Shown one piece after another: positions 1-13,843 of a stretch of DNA of 62,684 bases. The stretch comes from Azolla caroliniana (taxonomy: Eukaryota; Plantae; Polypodiophyta): assembly GCA_043228905.1 (NCBI GenBank), contig JBHGNT010000164.1, positions 1 to 62,684 on the forward strand, written 5' to 3'. Position numbers and translations under genes: made by a program. How positions within the stretch are numbered: position 1 is the stretch's first letter; the number at the start of each line of letters is the position of its first letter. Below the pieces are notes generated by a model. That model ran no database searches, was not told where the DNA came from, and saw only the letters and a program-made list of their open reading frames with translations.

Positions 1-512
1 AAGGGCTGAAATGCAAAGCGGATGGGTGTGGACGGAGATCTGTGTGTATATCAAGACGAGAAAAATATTGCGAGGAGAGGGACACATGAGATGATGTATG
101 TGTATATATGTGGAGAAGGTACACGCTGCAAATGGTGTGGTTGAAGGTGTATGTGAAGGAGGGAGGTAGATGGGTGCAAGAGGCGATGGTTTCGTTTTGT
201 CCGGGTTGTTTGGGCTGGCGGGAGTTGCGTGGATGGATGGGCGGGCGGATGGACATAAAGATGGACATTGAATTGGGTGGGTGCCCAAAAGGGGGGTGTG
301 GTCCGTCCATCCATTGATGGTGATGGTGTGGGCGATTGGATTTTACAGCGAATATTTGTACATATATTTTCCTCTCACACTTCCGGAAAAAAGAAAACAA
401 AGCCTTTGGTTTTGTCGCTCTTTTGCTTCTTCCGTCTTAATTTCCACCATTCTTTCAAATTCTCTGCTTCCCTCCTCGACGTCAGAACCGACACTTCTGT
501 TTTGAGAACGCC

Positions 513-3414
513 ATGGTTAGTCACTTCTCTCTCTCTCTCTCTCTCTCTCTCTTCATAGGCTGTTTTGCATTACCCCTTCAATCATTCAATTCTGCGAAAA
601 AGGACTCCGTTTCTCTTTGATTTGCTGAAGAATCCAATTTTATTTATTTATTTTGTTCCAATTCTTTGAAAGGAACCCCAGACTCTCGCGTCTAATCAAT
701 CTGATTACGTTTTTGTGTTTTCTTTCCTTGTATGTTCTTATCAATCAGTCCTACTCTTTTATGTCTTCCTGGCAACGTGAACTTTGTCTCTTTAATCGAA
801 AGAGCAGATTTGTTTTGATTTCCTTCTCTTCACACATTCTTCTGCATGCACGAGTTGTATGTGAGAAGACCAGATTTATGTCGACTTTCTGATGTTTAGG
901 ATTATATTTATCTACGAGGAAACCAAATTACTTCTGCATGCATGGTTTGCATGTGATAATGACCAAGTTTTTATTGGTCGGATGATGTTTATGATCAGTT
1001 TTTTCTATGAAAAGTCTACATTTTGTTCATCTCATGGCGGTCATGACTTCGTGCATGACTTTTGTATGATAGAGAAGACCATATTTCTGTGGAGCTTCAC
1101 ACTTTATTTGTCTATGGAGGAGAAAATATCATTGTTTCATGCACGATCCTTCTGTAGAAGACAATATCATATTTCTATGAGATACGTGATGATTCTTTCT
1201 TGCTTTCATATCCTACAGTCATCCAAAGAACCCCATGCTGTTGCAAAAGATCCTGAAACTCGAGAGGATCAGGCAGTAAATGAATCTCATACAGGAGAAT
1301 CTGAACATCAGAGAGAAAGTGAAGCTCAGGGAGAAGAAGAATCTACAGAAATTTCTAAAATTGTGAATGAACAGACAGCACATGAGGTTTGATATATATA
1401 TATATACATATATATACATATATTCCTTTTTGAAATGAAGAAATGTGAGGTTATAAAAATGATCTATCAATTTCTTTTATGAACAAACAATACAGGAGGT
1501 TTGACTCACTTCATAGCTCTTCTTTTGTGATATGTTTAAAGAAACATGAAGTTAAATTTCTGATTTGTGCAGCAGGAGGAGAAGACCAAGACAGACGACG
1601 AAGAGGTAGCTGATACTGCAGAAACCAGTGAAGCTCCCGAAATAGAAGAAAGTGAAAAACCTCGCAAATTGACTGTACGTTTTCCAATCTATATGGAGAA
1701 AAGATTTATATTAGTGTAATGTTGCGATATTTCTATTTCATTTCATTTTATATATCTATATGTATATATATTTGCACGTTTTATATATCTGTGTTTGTGT
1801 GTTTTGCGTCTGTGGGTGTTAGTGTTTATATGTTGTGTATAACGATGTGGGGTGTGTGTCCTGTGTTTTATGTATGTGTGTGTGCGCACGTTTTATGTAT
1901 GTGTGTGTGTGTTGTATGTATATGTGTGTATGGGTGGTTTGCATGTGGTGTTAGGGTTTGTATGTTGTGTGTATAACGTGGTGCATGTGTATGTGCATAT
2001 GTGGTGTTGGTGTGTGATGTGTTTGTATAGAAGTCTGTATTGCATTTTTCAATATTTATGTTTATATTATGTAGCTTTGTTTCTATATTTTTTCAGATTG
2101 ATGACATTAAGACTGCACCAATGGATTTCCGTTTTCCCACAACGAACCAGGCCCGGCACTGCTTCACGCGTTATGTGGAGTATCACAGGTACATTTCTAG
2201 AGAGTTCTGCACTAATGCATTCTATATTGAGGTTGTGCTATCCATGCAATTACGATTTAAAGTTTACTAAAATTTGTAGGTAATCTGATGTATTTCAGCC
2301 TTTATGTTTAATTCAAAGGCTGCATTTTTGTTCTTCTGAAAATAGAAGATCCATGCATTAAAATAGGAACTTTTTCTGAAAGCACAGAAATAATATGCGA
2401 ATCAAGATTTGTAATCTTGTTAGATTTGGTACTGAAGTGCCACTACAAAAAAGAAAACCTTACTTTCTCTGTTTTTGATTTCTCTATAACATTTTTCTCT
2501 GCCTGAAGTTTTCACTTGAAATTTGCTGGATTTGGTACTGGAGAGACAAAAGAAGAAGAAATCCTTTGTGTTCTCTGTTCCAGATGTCAGTATCAAAGCT
2601 TGTCATCTATCGTATTTGAGAGTTCAATTTACAAATGTTGCCATAATTAGGATATTTGTTTGTCAGTTTTTTTAACCTCTCGACAGTCCATTTAAATCTT
2701 AAATTCATTTAAGACCTTGACTGAACAATGTAAGAGCACTAGGGTGCAAAAGATCTTAAATATTTTTGAAGGTTAGTGCATCTATAATATGTTGAATGTT
2801 CTGATTGTACACGATGACATACGAACACAGTTATGCCAAAAAAAATGAAGGACATCGTGTTCCAAACACCTTATATTGATGAGGGATTTGGCTTTTTCCT
2901 GAGATATGGGATATGCTAATTTTTTCTCTGGATGATCGTCTATGCAGATGCATACAAGCCAAGGGTGAGGATAATCCTGAGTGTGAGAAGTATGCAAGAT
3001 ACTATCGTTCCTTGTGTCCTAGTGAATGGGTATGTCAGAAATAACTCTTAAGACACCCCTGTGTTTTTCATTCTGCCTCAATTCTTTCATTGTTTCCCTG
3101 ACGCCCTTGGTCAACCCCCTGAAAGAGAGAAAAAAAGGATAATTTGACCATATAATTGCTTAATTAGGACAAATTTTTGCTCTTTTGGGGGTTCTCCAAG
3201 GGTATTTTTGGGAATCATTGAAAACTTTGGGGCAACTTGTGAAGTAAATAAAAACTTGGATACTTTAGAGATTTCACTAACTTAAATAGCACAATTTCAA
3301 TTTTTTACAATTGCTATTAATGGATCAGTTGAAGTACTTTTTATTTTTATGATATAATAGATTGAGAGATGGAATGAACAAAGAGAGAATGGAACATTTC
3401 CAGGACCTTTGTAG
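513..3414 (+). CDS. COX6B: Cytochrome c oxidase subunit 6b with long acidic N-terminal extension, 6 coding exons, about 166 aa
   Basis: Exons 513-515 (ATG only, then GTTAGT donor), 1219-1386, 1573-1674, 2097-2188, 2948-3029, 3361-3414. All introns are GT-AG and the frame is continuous. The C-terminal part IKTAPMDFRFPTTNQARHCFTRYVEYHRCIQAKGEDNPECEKYARYYRSLCPSEWIERWNEQRENGTFPGPL is the COX6B four-Cys domain. The first three exons are less certain than the last three. Confidence 0.93.
526..552. repeat. (CT)n microsatellite at start of COX6B intron 1
   Basis: CT dinucleotide run directly after the first donor site. Confidence 0.9.
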
Positions 3415-6400
3415 AAGCTAGTTTTTTTCGGGAGATGAAAGAAATTTCTTGCCTTGGGCCAATCAATAAATCTGCGTTCTTATCTGATGTCAAGACTTGT
3501 TTGTGCTAAATTGTCATAGATTATCTTCTTCAAAGAACAAACGGAAATTTAAGACGATCTAGAAATACTGCAGATATTAGTGATAATAGATGGTTGGCTG
3601 TTGTTAAGCAGGTATGAGTAGAACTGTAGTTGCCATGTTTTCAATTTGGCCCCAAAATAACAAATCACAATCTCATTCTAATAATATCCAAAGGAAAATT
3701 TCCATCACTTGATGGTGTTTATTTGTACGTAACTATGATATATCTTATTCATAAGTTTACACGCGGTCCAAATCAATTCAATTCACTTTTATCCTTGCTT
3801 TCCGTATCTATGGTGGTTTACACTGTAGCATCATGTCGTAAAATTGGAGAACCCAAGTTCGATCTTCGCCATGGGCTAGGCCCCGTCTCACTGATGACAA
3901 TTTGTCTGCAGTGGACATTAAAAGTAATTTATCTATCCTTTCATACCTAATTATATCATCACAGAATGCTGCTTTAAATAATGTGCATACTTCCTAATCC
4001 TGTTTCATGTTTAATTGCTGACCTCACCACATTCTGATTCATCTTAAAATGATGGTGTCTCCAATTATTCAAATGCAGTATTTATTGGGCCATTTATTTC
4101 ATAAAACTCCCACATGAAGTAATCTTATCAAGTTTCTTCCATCAAAGTTTTGATGAATGAAGATTAGCAGTTTCTACTTTCTCAAGTGAGTTGCAATAGA
4201 AGTTGGAAATGGCTCATCCACGGCCCACTTTCACCTCTCATGGATCTCAGTCCCGCAGTGCAAATCTGTTAATAACATTGAATGTGACATGTGGAGTATT
4301 CTGGATACTGTAGAAGATTGATGATCATCAACTCTATTGCTTTCATATCAACATATAAAATTTTTATTGGAGGAAAACTTTAAGAGAGAAATAATCTGAA
4401 GGCAAGATTCAAATTCTAGTAGTTTTCCTCCATTATTTCTATTACTGTTTCACCATTCTTATCATTCTCTTTGCCTTTACATCTTGATATCCCTTCTAGA
4501 AGAGTGGTCAAAAGAGGCCAGAAGTCTTTGTAATGAAGGTAAATTCTTGTAAAGCCGTTTGTGGATCTCATATTTGGGATGATTGCCTTCATTGGGCACA
4601 AGACTGACATTTGATGACAACTTTATAATTTGTAGTCCAAATTACTATGATCGCAATTGTTTTGAGTAATTCTCATTTGGTGCACACACTACTTGAATCT
4701 TTCCTCTTCTCCCTGGATTTGATCATCGCCTCGTTAAAATTGCCTTGCAATAACCCTCATATGCTATGTTTGAGATGGATTCTTTTTTGTTGTGATTCCA
4801 TTTGCATCTGTACGGAAGCCCAAATATTTACCTTGCCAACCCTCTTGAATCAATGGCATTTTCTAACTAGGTTCCCTATCCTTTGATGCCTTTGTTGGCA
4901 TCAAGTATACCTTAAAATTAGAATGCGAGTAAATATAAACATCTTAATCAATACTTGATAGAACTCTTAGTGGTTAAAGATAATGTGGATTTGATTACAA
5001 CAAAGTCATGGCATAGGCATTATACCATCAAGAGGGGGTGGAGAGTGAAGAACATGTCCATGACAAGAAAAGGTTCCACCACACGCATCCTTTGCCAATT
5101 TTTCTTCTAATGTGGCATCAAACAATGATTCTTTGAGAACCAAAGTTTACATCCCTTGTCGATTTTTTCTTCTAATGTGATGTTAGAGAATGATTCTTTG
5201 AGAACTAAACTATTTGTTGTGCATGATCTTAACTTATTATTTTCGTAATGAATTTAACATCAGCTCCATTGCTCAATGTGTCAAACCACAATGTTAATGT
5301 TAGATAACACAATCATTTGTTATGATTAAATTGCATAAATATATAGGCTATAATTTGTATATAAGTTTTGCAATGGCAATGCTTTCCCTTTGTTTTTGAA
5401 TGCATGATGTCTCATTAGTTACGTGGTTCAAATGATGGATTTATGGAAATTGATTCAAGAGTTGTAAGTATTTGTTTTGCATGGGTGAAGTTGCATGTGT
5501 TGATTGTTTTGGCATTTAATTTTTATGATGGATCAATGGATTTGGGGTTTTCTTTGTTGTTTTACATTCCATTGAAGTTGAAGATGAAGAATAGTGTTAT
5601 CAATAGTGTCCACTATCACTCCTTTTTTATAAAACCTCTATTAGAGTTCTTTTGCAAAATAATTGTGTTGTCTCACCATAAATGGCTCCTTGGACAAGGA
5701 AATGAATACATGGAATGAAACTCTGAGAATAGATGAAGGTGTGTCATAATGTGGAGGTCTCAAATTCTATTTTAGCCTCGATTAAGCTATGTTGGAACTT
5801 TCTATTTGGGTTTATCGGTTTGATATTTGATTGACCAGAGTTTCTATTGAATATATGGTTTGAAGTTGTGTGCTCAGTTTCCATAGAAACTATATTGCTT
5901 GAAGTTTTCCCCTTGCTTATTGAGATGTCTAACTAATTTGACCACTACTCATTCTCAAGGAGAAAGTCTTATTTTTGCAAGGGTCCAATCAAACATCAAG
6001 ACTAGTAAACATTGTCAAGTTAAATGTCTCTCAATCTCGATTAATATGAACCCATCTTGATCATCAAGAAACGTGTATGTCATGGAAACTTGCTTTGTTT
6101 GGCATCATTTGGAAAGTGTGCCAACACTTGTCTAGAAAAGCATGTAGATTGAAAATGTTCTAACTCGCTAAATGTGTTGCACAAACATTGCATTTATCAA
6201 AATTATAAACACAAATTTCCAAAACACACACCTATCAGGATCAACAAAACAACTATTCAAGTTCATAGCTTTGCAATTCCATATGACTTTTGTCTCAATC
6301 CATGCCATTTGGATTTGGGAAGTATGATATATTAGATCATTTATCTCAATTTTTTAAATCAATTTTGGATGGCATTACTTATCCCAATTCCTTTTGTAGA

Positions 6401-9400
6401 CATTAAAATGCCCCACATAGTTAAAATTTATGCAATTTCACAATTGTACAAGCCTTACATAGTATGTAGTTGTCGTAGCTTAAGAACATGTCTTCATTCA
6501 AAGAGATGAGCTTATCCTTGATTCAAAACTAAGTTTAAGTACATAAAAAGTTAGTTGAGGAAAATGAAAATGTTTCAGAATGCTATTTTGTCTAGTGTGC
6601 ACTTTGAAATATCAAGTTCATGCATGCCAATTTTCTCTCGTAATTGAAAATAATGATGAGAGTCATTGAAATGACACATTATGTATGCATGCACAAGTTC
6701 TATGTGTGCCAAATGAATATACTAGGACATGCTTGTATTGGAAGTTCCTGCCTTGGGTGGGCATCTAGGCTCCTTCCGACAATGCAAATGTATAATTAGT
6801 CTTTACACAAAAGATGATGCATTCAATATTAATGATTGAGCATTGAATCTTAATATGTAGTGAAAACATGCAACACAATGAGCATTTATGTTTAGCACAT
6901 ATATGCTTCATACAAGTGGGTAGGCACTAAGCAATGACATTTGTGACAAAACATTACATACAATATGATGTGCTTGTGTAGGAAATTTGTTTTGTCCTTC
7001 ATTTGGTCATCAATCTCACTCTAAATATGATTTGTCTTTGTTGTGTTCTCTCGTAGCCATGGGTTATAGTTTAGAAGTTGGCTCTTCTTTTATTCTTGTT
7101 GCGCCTTTCCATAGTCACATGTCGCATGATTCATTACACTCTCATAGATTTTTTCTTGTCCATCAACAACATAGTGTCCCATAATTTTCGTTTATAGGTA
7201 TATGTTGGACTAATATTTTCTCCTAAGGTTAATTCCTTGTTATAATGCTTTCTGCTTTTGTTTGGACACTTCTTCTTTGTAAACCTATGGGGAGTAGTTT
7301 AGCTTCTTTGTTGTTTCAAATTCTCTTTAGTCAAGCTCTCTTAAGACTAATTGTGTTGTGTTTTGTTCTCTTATAATACTGAGAAGTGATTATCTAGAAA
7401 GTAGTTAAAAGTGATAGAAAGTATCTAGAGGTGAAAGTAGCTAGAAGTGATTGTCTAGAATGTATCTAAAGAGGCATTCTCTCGTAATACTGAGATGAGA
7501 TTTTCTAGAAAATATCTAAAGCATTAGTAACTAAGTGTGTGCCTTAGATCTCCCACGAAAAGTTTATGTGTGTTGTTAACATTGATCTATTAATGTGATG
7601 GTGAGAACCTCGAATCCTCATCTTTTTATTATTATCAACGTACCGTAAAGTTTGTGAGCAATGAGATCAAGTGTGATCATGACGAGATTAGAGTGACACA
7701 GGTTGTTTTTTCCTTGTTTTATATTTTTATGATTGATTTGGGATAATTGAAAGATGGGTTCCAATGTTCAAATATATTATCATTTCTCGTTTTCTAGCAT
7801 TGGAGAACTTTGTCATTCTAATTCATAAAGGAGCAAAATATTTAGGATCCTCGATGCCAATGTATGGACATTTGTATCACTTTTATCTTCTTTTCCTCCT
7901 TCCCTTAGCAACATTTTCCCCTATTGCATTAGAAAGCCAATATAGGAAAGCAAAATATAAAAACCCTCAAAATCTTGGAAAAGGGTGAGGTTCACTTCTA
8001 TTGTTTTCAAAATGTAAACCCTTCAATGTTGTAAAATAAAATCCATTGCAATTTCTAGTCCCAATCAAGGATCTATCCTGTCTCTCTTTGTAATAGCTCT
8101 ATAATATCATGCCATCGTTGTTATCATTTATAACTCTTTCTACTACCTCTCAAGTAGTTTCTCGGATGTTGACTAATCATGAAGTTTGTGAATATGAGGT
8201 AAGGCAACATATGTATGTGCTCTTTGTGTATTTACGTATTTTAAAGTCAAATTGACTTATGCAAGACTTTATTCCTATCAATTTGTCTTGGTTTCCTTAA
8301 CTTGGTCATGGTTGGATGGTGATAGATAAAGTTATGGTTCAAATAATATAGTTCCACGTTTGAAGTACAATTTGACACTGTAAAGTATGTGTAAATGCTT
8401 ACCTATACAAATATACTGATGAGATTTGGTAAATCTAAGTAAAAAGTCATCACAACATAGAATAGACCATGTGGCATCAGACCCAAAAAAATGTCAATGA
8501 TGGTGTTCGATAACTTGTTGTTTGTGAATTCCTTGAACCAATTCAATATCATTTGAAGTAGAGGGAATGATGTGACATTAACATCACTACATTGTATTGA
8601 CTTCTAGAATGCCAACACATTGTATATGACAAGGTCAAACACATTAACATCATGCACCTAGACAATAACACATACAATAAATAAAAAAGAAATTTGATGA
8701 GTGGTATTTAAAACATTTCATGTCAATTTGTATAAAATGACAACCATGAGTGAAGGAGTGTACATACATAATGCACTTACTAGTTAACCAAAAGAACCTT
8801 TGAGGTTCTTGTCATGTCCAACACACCCATAATTTTATCTTTATTACACTCTAGTAATAATTATATCCTTCATATATTATTGCTTATTGCAAAAATTTGT
8901 GTTCTCAGTATTGAAAAGCTCAAATCACTTCATCCATATCCCATGGCTCTTTGTATTAAATGAGTAAGAATATATAACTCTAGTGTCATGAAGTACATAC
9001 CTCGTAATAAATTTGTGTTGTCATTATACATATCGCTCAATTGCAATATACTCCACATTTCCTACAAGCAATACCACTCATCAAACTATCTTACTTTATA
9101 AGTCCACCACTTGCATGGAATGTACTTGTCAAATGCCTTCCAATAATGTTTTGGTTGATTTAGTATTCGTAGTGCAAATCATATTTACCGTTTTCATTTT
9201 TCATTTCTAAATTCATGTGAAAGAATCTAACACTGACATTGAGGGCGAGGAGGAGAATAAGAAGAGAAGTCATACAATCAATACATGATCAAGAAAGACA
9301 TATTTTTAACATTCAAGGGAGATTGATCCTCACTTGTGGGCCTTGGGTTCTCTCAAATTTATGACTTTGATGTTGATACTTGAGAGTTGAGATATAAACC

Positions 9401-10451
9401 ACCAAGCCAACAACAACAACGATGTGGTAAAGTAAAAATGCTTGTATGGGTTAAAAGGTTGCACACACATATATATGATAACATGTATTCATGCATCAAC
9501 ACCACAACTTGCCAAAATGTCATTAGAGATGGCATGCATTTCATCAAGCAAAATTTCACATTCATGCAAATCTAAGGGGTTTGCCCTTTCTCAAGGTAGA
9601 GAGCATTTTCAGATCCTAAGTTTGACATATCTAAGTTTTCTCAGTGGAAAAATCACATCCATTATCTTTTGATTTAAAGGAGGTAGTGGAATTTGGTAAA
9701 TGAAAATATATCTACCAATATGTATTACAAGAATAGACCAATTGACAATATTAGTAATTCACCTACATTACAAACAACATCCATTGATTAACATTAGACT
9801 ATGTACGCTCGATAAACTTATATATGGAAGAACTTGGACGACACAATCAAATTGATGACAACATTGTACAAGATCAGGAATGTGACATGCTTCTTTGCAA
9901 GAAAATCCCCCCCAATTGTTTATAATGGATGCACATAAAGGTGAATAGGCCTATACTATTGGAACCGTAGGGCAAGTATTCCAAGCATAGTTGAAGCAAA
10001 ATTGTGTGACAAAAAATAGATGAAAAGACTCGCATTTGAGAGAAGTTCAATGGAGGAGCTTACAATGCGGCGAGTATCACCAAAAGTGCCCCTTTAAAAT
10101 GGAATCTTCTCTCCCAATAAATAATAGAACAAATGTAGTGTTTGAACATGTGAGAAAGTGGCTAATGTTATCATTTGTGAAGATTGAGGAGATTAACATC
10201 CTAGCATCAAAATCAAATTGCACAAAGGAATATCAAACATCCTCAACGCAATATCTTGGACATCCTCATGAAGGATGAGGCATCACATAATCATTAATGG
10301 TGCTTGATCTAGGAATGTCATTCCTTATGCCACTAGGCAAGCCTCAGTGAGTGGTACATCCTATGAATATTGTCGCATGAAAAGCACCAAATTTTGGATC
10401 CAATTGTGTTGAGATGTGTTTTCCTTATGTACGAACCAAAATAGTGATCCA

Positions 10452-10629
10452 ACACAATGGTGTGGTATATTTAAGGAGAAGATGCATGCTTAACCAATAA
10501 AAGAGACGGGAATATAAAGTTTCTCCATATTAGCCTATCACACAATGGTGTGGTATATATGTAAGGAGAAGATGCACACTTAACCAATAAAAGAGACGGG
10601 AATATAAAGTTTTTCCATATTAGCCTATC
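10452..10629. repeat. Tandem duplication, about 88-bp unit x2
   Basis: ACACAATGGTGTGGTATAT...GAGACGGGAATATAAAGTTT.TCCATATTAGCCTATC occurs at 10452 and again at 10540 with a few differences. Confidence 0.85.
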
Positions 10630-10889
10630 CAAGGATTCCAACATTCTACTTCATGCACGAGAGTAGGTGGATATATTAAAGGCGTGGAGAATCATGAATC
10701 AACAAAGACAAGGCAAAAGAAACATGAGAATGAATCTTATTGAAGTTTTAGTATGGATGGGCATGTTAGCATGTATAGGTTCGCTAGTGGCTGATATCAA
10801 CATATTCTAGCATGAACAAGGGTATGAAGACAATTCTCAAGAATCATACTTGGAAGGAGTATCCTTATTGAATGACGAGAGGGGTTGAT

Positions 10890-11200
10890 CATGTGAGTCA
10901 ATATAAAGGCTAACCTTGATCCCCAACAACCCCAATCCAAAGTACAAAGGATGGTTTAATGCCAAGGGATTCAAGCAGCAAAAGGGAGTAAACTTTAATG
11001 GAATATTATCTCTAGTTGTGGAAATGGTGATATTATGGTTGCTACTTTTGCAATCATGGTAAATGAGGATTGTTGGAATGGAAGCATGGCTTATCAACAA
11101 GGGATTCAAGCAATGGTAGGAGTAACTTTTGATGCTATATTCTCTCTAGTTTTTAAAATCGCAATGTTGTAAATTGTAATTGGTACTTTTTTAGTTGAGG
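10890..11200 (+). pseudogene. Degenerate Ty1/copia reverse transcriptase fragment (N-terminal motifs, partly duplicated)
   Basis: 10937 onward reads PKYKGWFNAKGFKQQKGVNFNGILSLVVEM, matching copia KYKARLVAKGFxQxxGVDFxEIFSPVVKM. A second decayed copy (AAGGGATTCAAGCA...) lies at about 11085-11160. Confidence 0.8.
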
Positions 11201-11209
11201 TGAATTAGG

Positions 11210-12640
11210 ATCGTTGTTGTTTGGAAGGGGTGGAGAGGACGTAACTGCAACATAGCAAAAGGGAATAAAGAGACAATATGCAAATATGATATTTCCAATA
11301 AAACTTAATTGACCCTTCACTTCCAAAATATTAATTAGCCTTTTTATAAACTTTGGACATGTTTATACAAGTGATGATGACACAAGAAGCCTAGAGCAAC
11401 ATATCCATTACAAAGTATCGAAGCAATACTATTCTAAATAAATGTAACTAAGGAATCACAACTACATACCCAACTATGCCAAGTGGCTCAATTGGATGGA
11501 TAACATTACCATGTTCATGGGACAACCTCTTTGAAGCACGACATGCCCCAACTCCCTTGTACGTTATTGTGTGCATTGTCCATTAGGTTGTATAATCATG
11601 TCATCATACCTTTATCCATATCTATACACCTACATGGATCTCACTATTGCTCTTAACTCCTCTGCTACTTCTTTGCACTCTTCTCCAAAGAGATTTTTAT
11701 TGTCTCATTCTTCACCCACCCTATTATCCATTGAAAGTGTTGTCGTCAATGATGGCAACCTTCCACTGGTAGTGGCATCCCAATGGAAATGATAGCTTCA
11801 TTGGTTTCAGCTCCATAACAATGATAGTTCAATGACAACTCTATTAGGAGCATGTACATACTTTATCCCGTGGTAGTTCTCTCTTTTTACACTCTCGGTT
11901 GACCCTCACACTTTTATCCTCGTGTGTAGAATACTATAGTCTACGATACAAACTACTGCAGAAAAATTATGGTCATGCCCATAACAAGCTCCATGCACAT
12001 TATTAAATGGTGCCATGGTTCAATTGTGATGACATAATTGGCTCATTTGTGATGACTTATCCATGGTGGTATTATGGGAACATCTCTTAGTGGGAGAGCC
12101 TTTCTTATCTATATCTCTCAAGAGAAGATAGTTATAAAGTTTTAATGAAGAGAGAACAATTTTAATATCACACCATAAGGTGGGAGAGAGCATAATAATA
12201 AACTTACGATCCATTATATGAGTTTGATTATGAAATTGATCCAAACTTGAGGTATATATCTCCCAATTTAGTCATTCGATCTTGAAGGCATTGACATCGT
12301 GATCTATGTCATTGTAGTTCAACATGTTGTGGACATTAGTGTTGAAGGGGAGTCATGTCATGGGTAGCTCCGACTCCCAAATGGATCAATGTACCGAATG
12401 GATGGAAATGAACAAAGAGACACACGCCATATGCTATTTCTATTAAAATTTAATTGATCCCTTTATCTATAAAGAATAAGCTTTTCTATATGCCTCCCAC
12501 ATTTGGTTGTTTGTACAAGTCATGATGACATGAAAAGATGAGAGTAATGCACTCTTTATAGAAGTCCTCCAGTGATACATTTATTGCAAAGTCTCAAAGC
12601 ATTACTATTCTAAAGCTATGTGGTAGATAGATTCCCAAAT
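11210..12640. mobile_element. Old insertion with two diverged LTR-like direct repeats (about 11210-11460 and about 12340-12640)
   Basis: Shared collinear blocks such as AAAGAGACA..ATATG.TATTTC.A.TAAAA.TTAATTGA.CC, TACAAGT.ATGATGACA and CAAAGT.TC.AAGCA.TACTATTCTAAA. It lies between two consecutive parts of a copia RT. Boundaries are approximate. Confidence 0.45.
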
Positions 12641-13019
12641 CTCTCTGTAAATAATGAATCTTTATGTCCACACCCAACCCCATCACGTGCTTCATTATCC
12701 ATGTAATAAATTGTCAATTTTTAAAAAAAATAAAAAAAATCCTCCATTGGTATTAAAATGAAAGTGGCCAGAGGCCATATACAAAATAGGCTAATATTAC
12801 TTCGAATATTGTAAAGCCATGCCGAATGACTCTAGCCAGTCTTTCTAGGTAAGATAAGTAAGAAAAAAACCCCTCGGCAATCTTTATAGGCAAAGAAATT
12901 ACAATGATCCCATACCATTATCCAAATAAGATAAATTGTCAATTTCCGTCTTGATATTCTATTTCTTAGCAATTGAACTCTCGCAATCTGTTCATACATA
13001 CTTGATTCAAGGCTCTATC

Positions 13020-13430
13020 TAAGAAAATTGATGTGAAAAAAAATCTTTCTCCATTGTGATATTCGGAAGTAGGTCTACATGGAGTAGTTGCTAGATTTGT
13101 ACAATTATGTAAAGAAAGGTTGATATGTAGGCTAACGAAGATCCTCTGTGGCTTGAAGTGAGCACCTTGTCAATTGTACCAAAAGTTTGACTCTTTCATC
13201 AGGTAAAAGAAGATTCAACCATAACGAGGAGGATATGTGCCTACATATGAAATGGTGGTGTTCTAATGACAACTTCATCTTTCTCATATTGTGTTGAGAT
13301 GATATATGTATTATTTCTAAAATTTTGAAAGACTTGTTGACTCTAAAGCTAAAGATGAGCCAAAAGTTTGAAATGAAGGATTTCGAAGTAGTGAAACATA
13401 TTATGGACTCACATATCAACATTAGATAAG
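13020..13430 (+). pseudogene. Degenerate Ty1/copia reverse transcriptase fragment (core motifs)
   Basis: Decayed DVKxxFLHxD-like motif near 13030, then CGLK*APCQLYQKFDSF (LYGLKQAPRQWYxKFDSF), FIFLILC*DDICI (YVDD motif) and MSQKFEMKD. Confidence 0.8.
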
Positions 13431-13808
13431 AAGATTTAGAGGTTTCATCTATATCAAGGTGAATACATCTCCAAAGTGTGTGAGCAATTTCATATCAAGG
13501 GAGCAAGAAGGATTGCCCAAAAGCCAAACTTGATCACGGACAAACGAGAGTTGATCCATCATTTGCAATCACCCTAACTTCTTTATGCAAACAAAACCTA
13601 AACAAATTATTTTCCGTAGGTGTAAAGATAAACCTACCATCATCTTGTACATAAAAAATCATACACTCTTGTTCCCCAATATAGTTGTTAACTCAAATTA
13701 AAACTATTGAGAATCAAGCTCAACATAGCACAACGTGTGAACACACCTTTTGAGAATCTATGATTACTCAAAGGTCAAGAGTCACACCACTACTCTCTAC
13801 ACATTAAC

Positions 13809-13841
13809 TATGTGTCATAGAATCATATTCTATGACACATA
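13809..13841. repeat. Perfect 15-bp inverted repeat with 3-nt loop
   Basis: TATGTGTCATAGAAT-CAT-ATTCTATGACACATA, overlapping the left TSD of the hAT element. Confidence 0.9.
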
Positions 13842-13843
13842 AC

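Noticed and set aside
211-216. Site II element (TGGGCT) in the COX6B promoter
   Set aside because: A single hexamer in a G-rich region is not distinguishable from chance.
1719-2040. Cys/Val-rich ORFs (also at 45434-45751 and 39392-39661)
   Set aside because: These are translation artefacts of (GT)n, (CA)n and (CT)n low-complexity sequence.
3960-10400. Specific TE family calls for the decayed region after COX6B
   Set aside because: It looks like old TE debris, but I could not read diagnostic motifs or boundaries with confidence.
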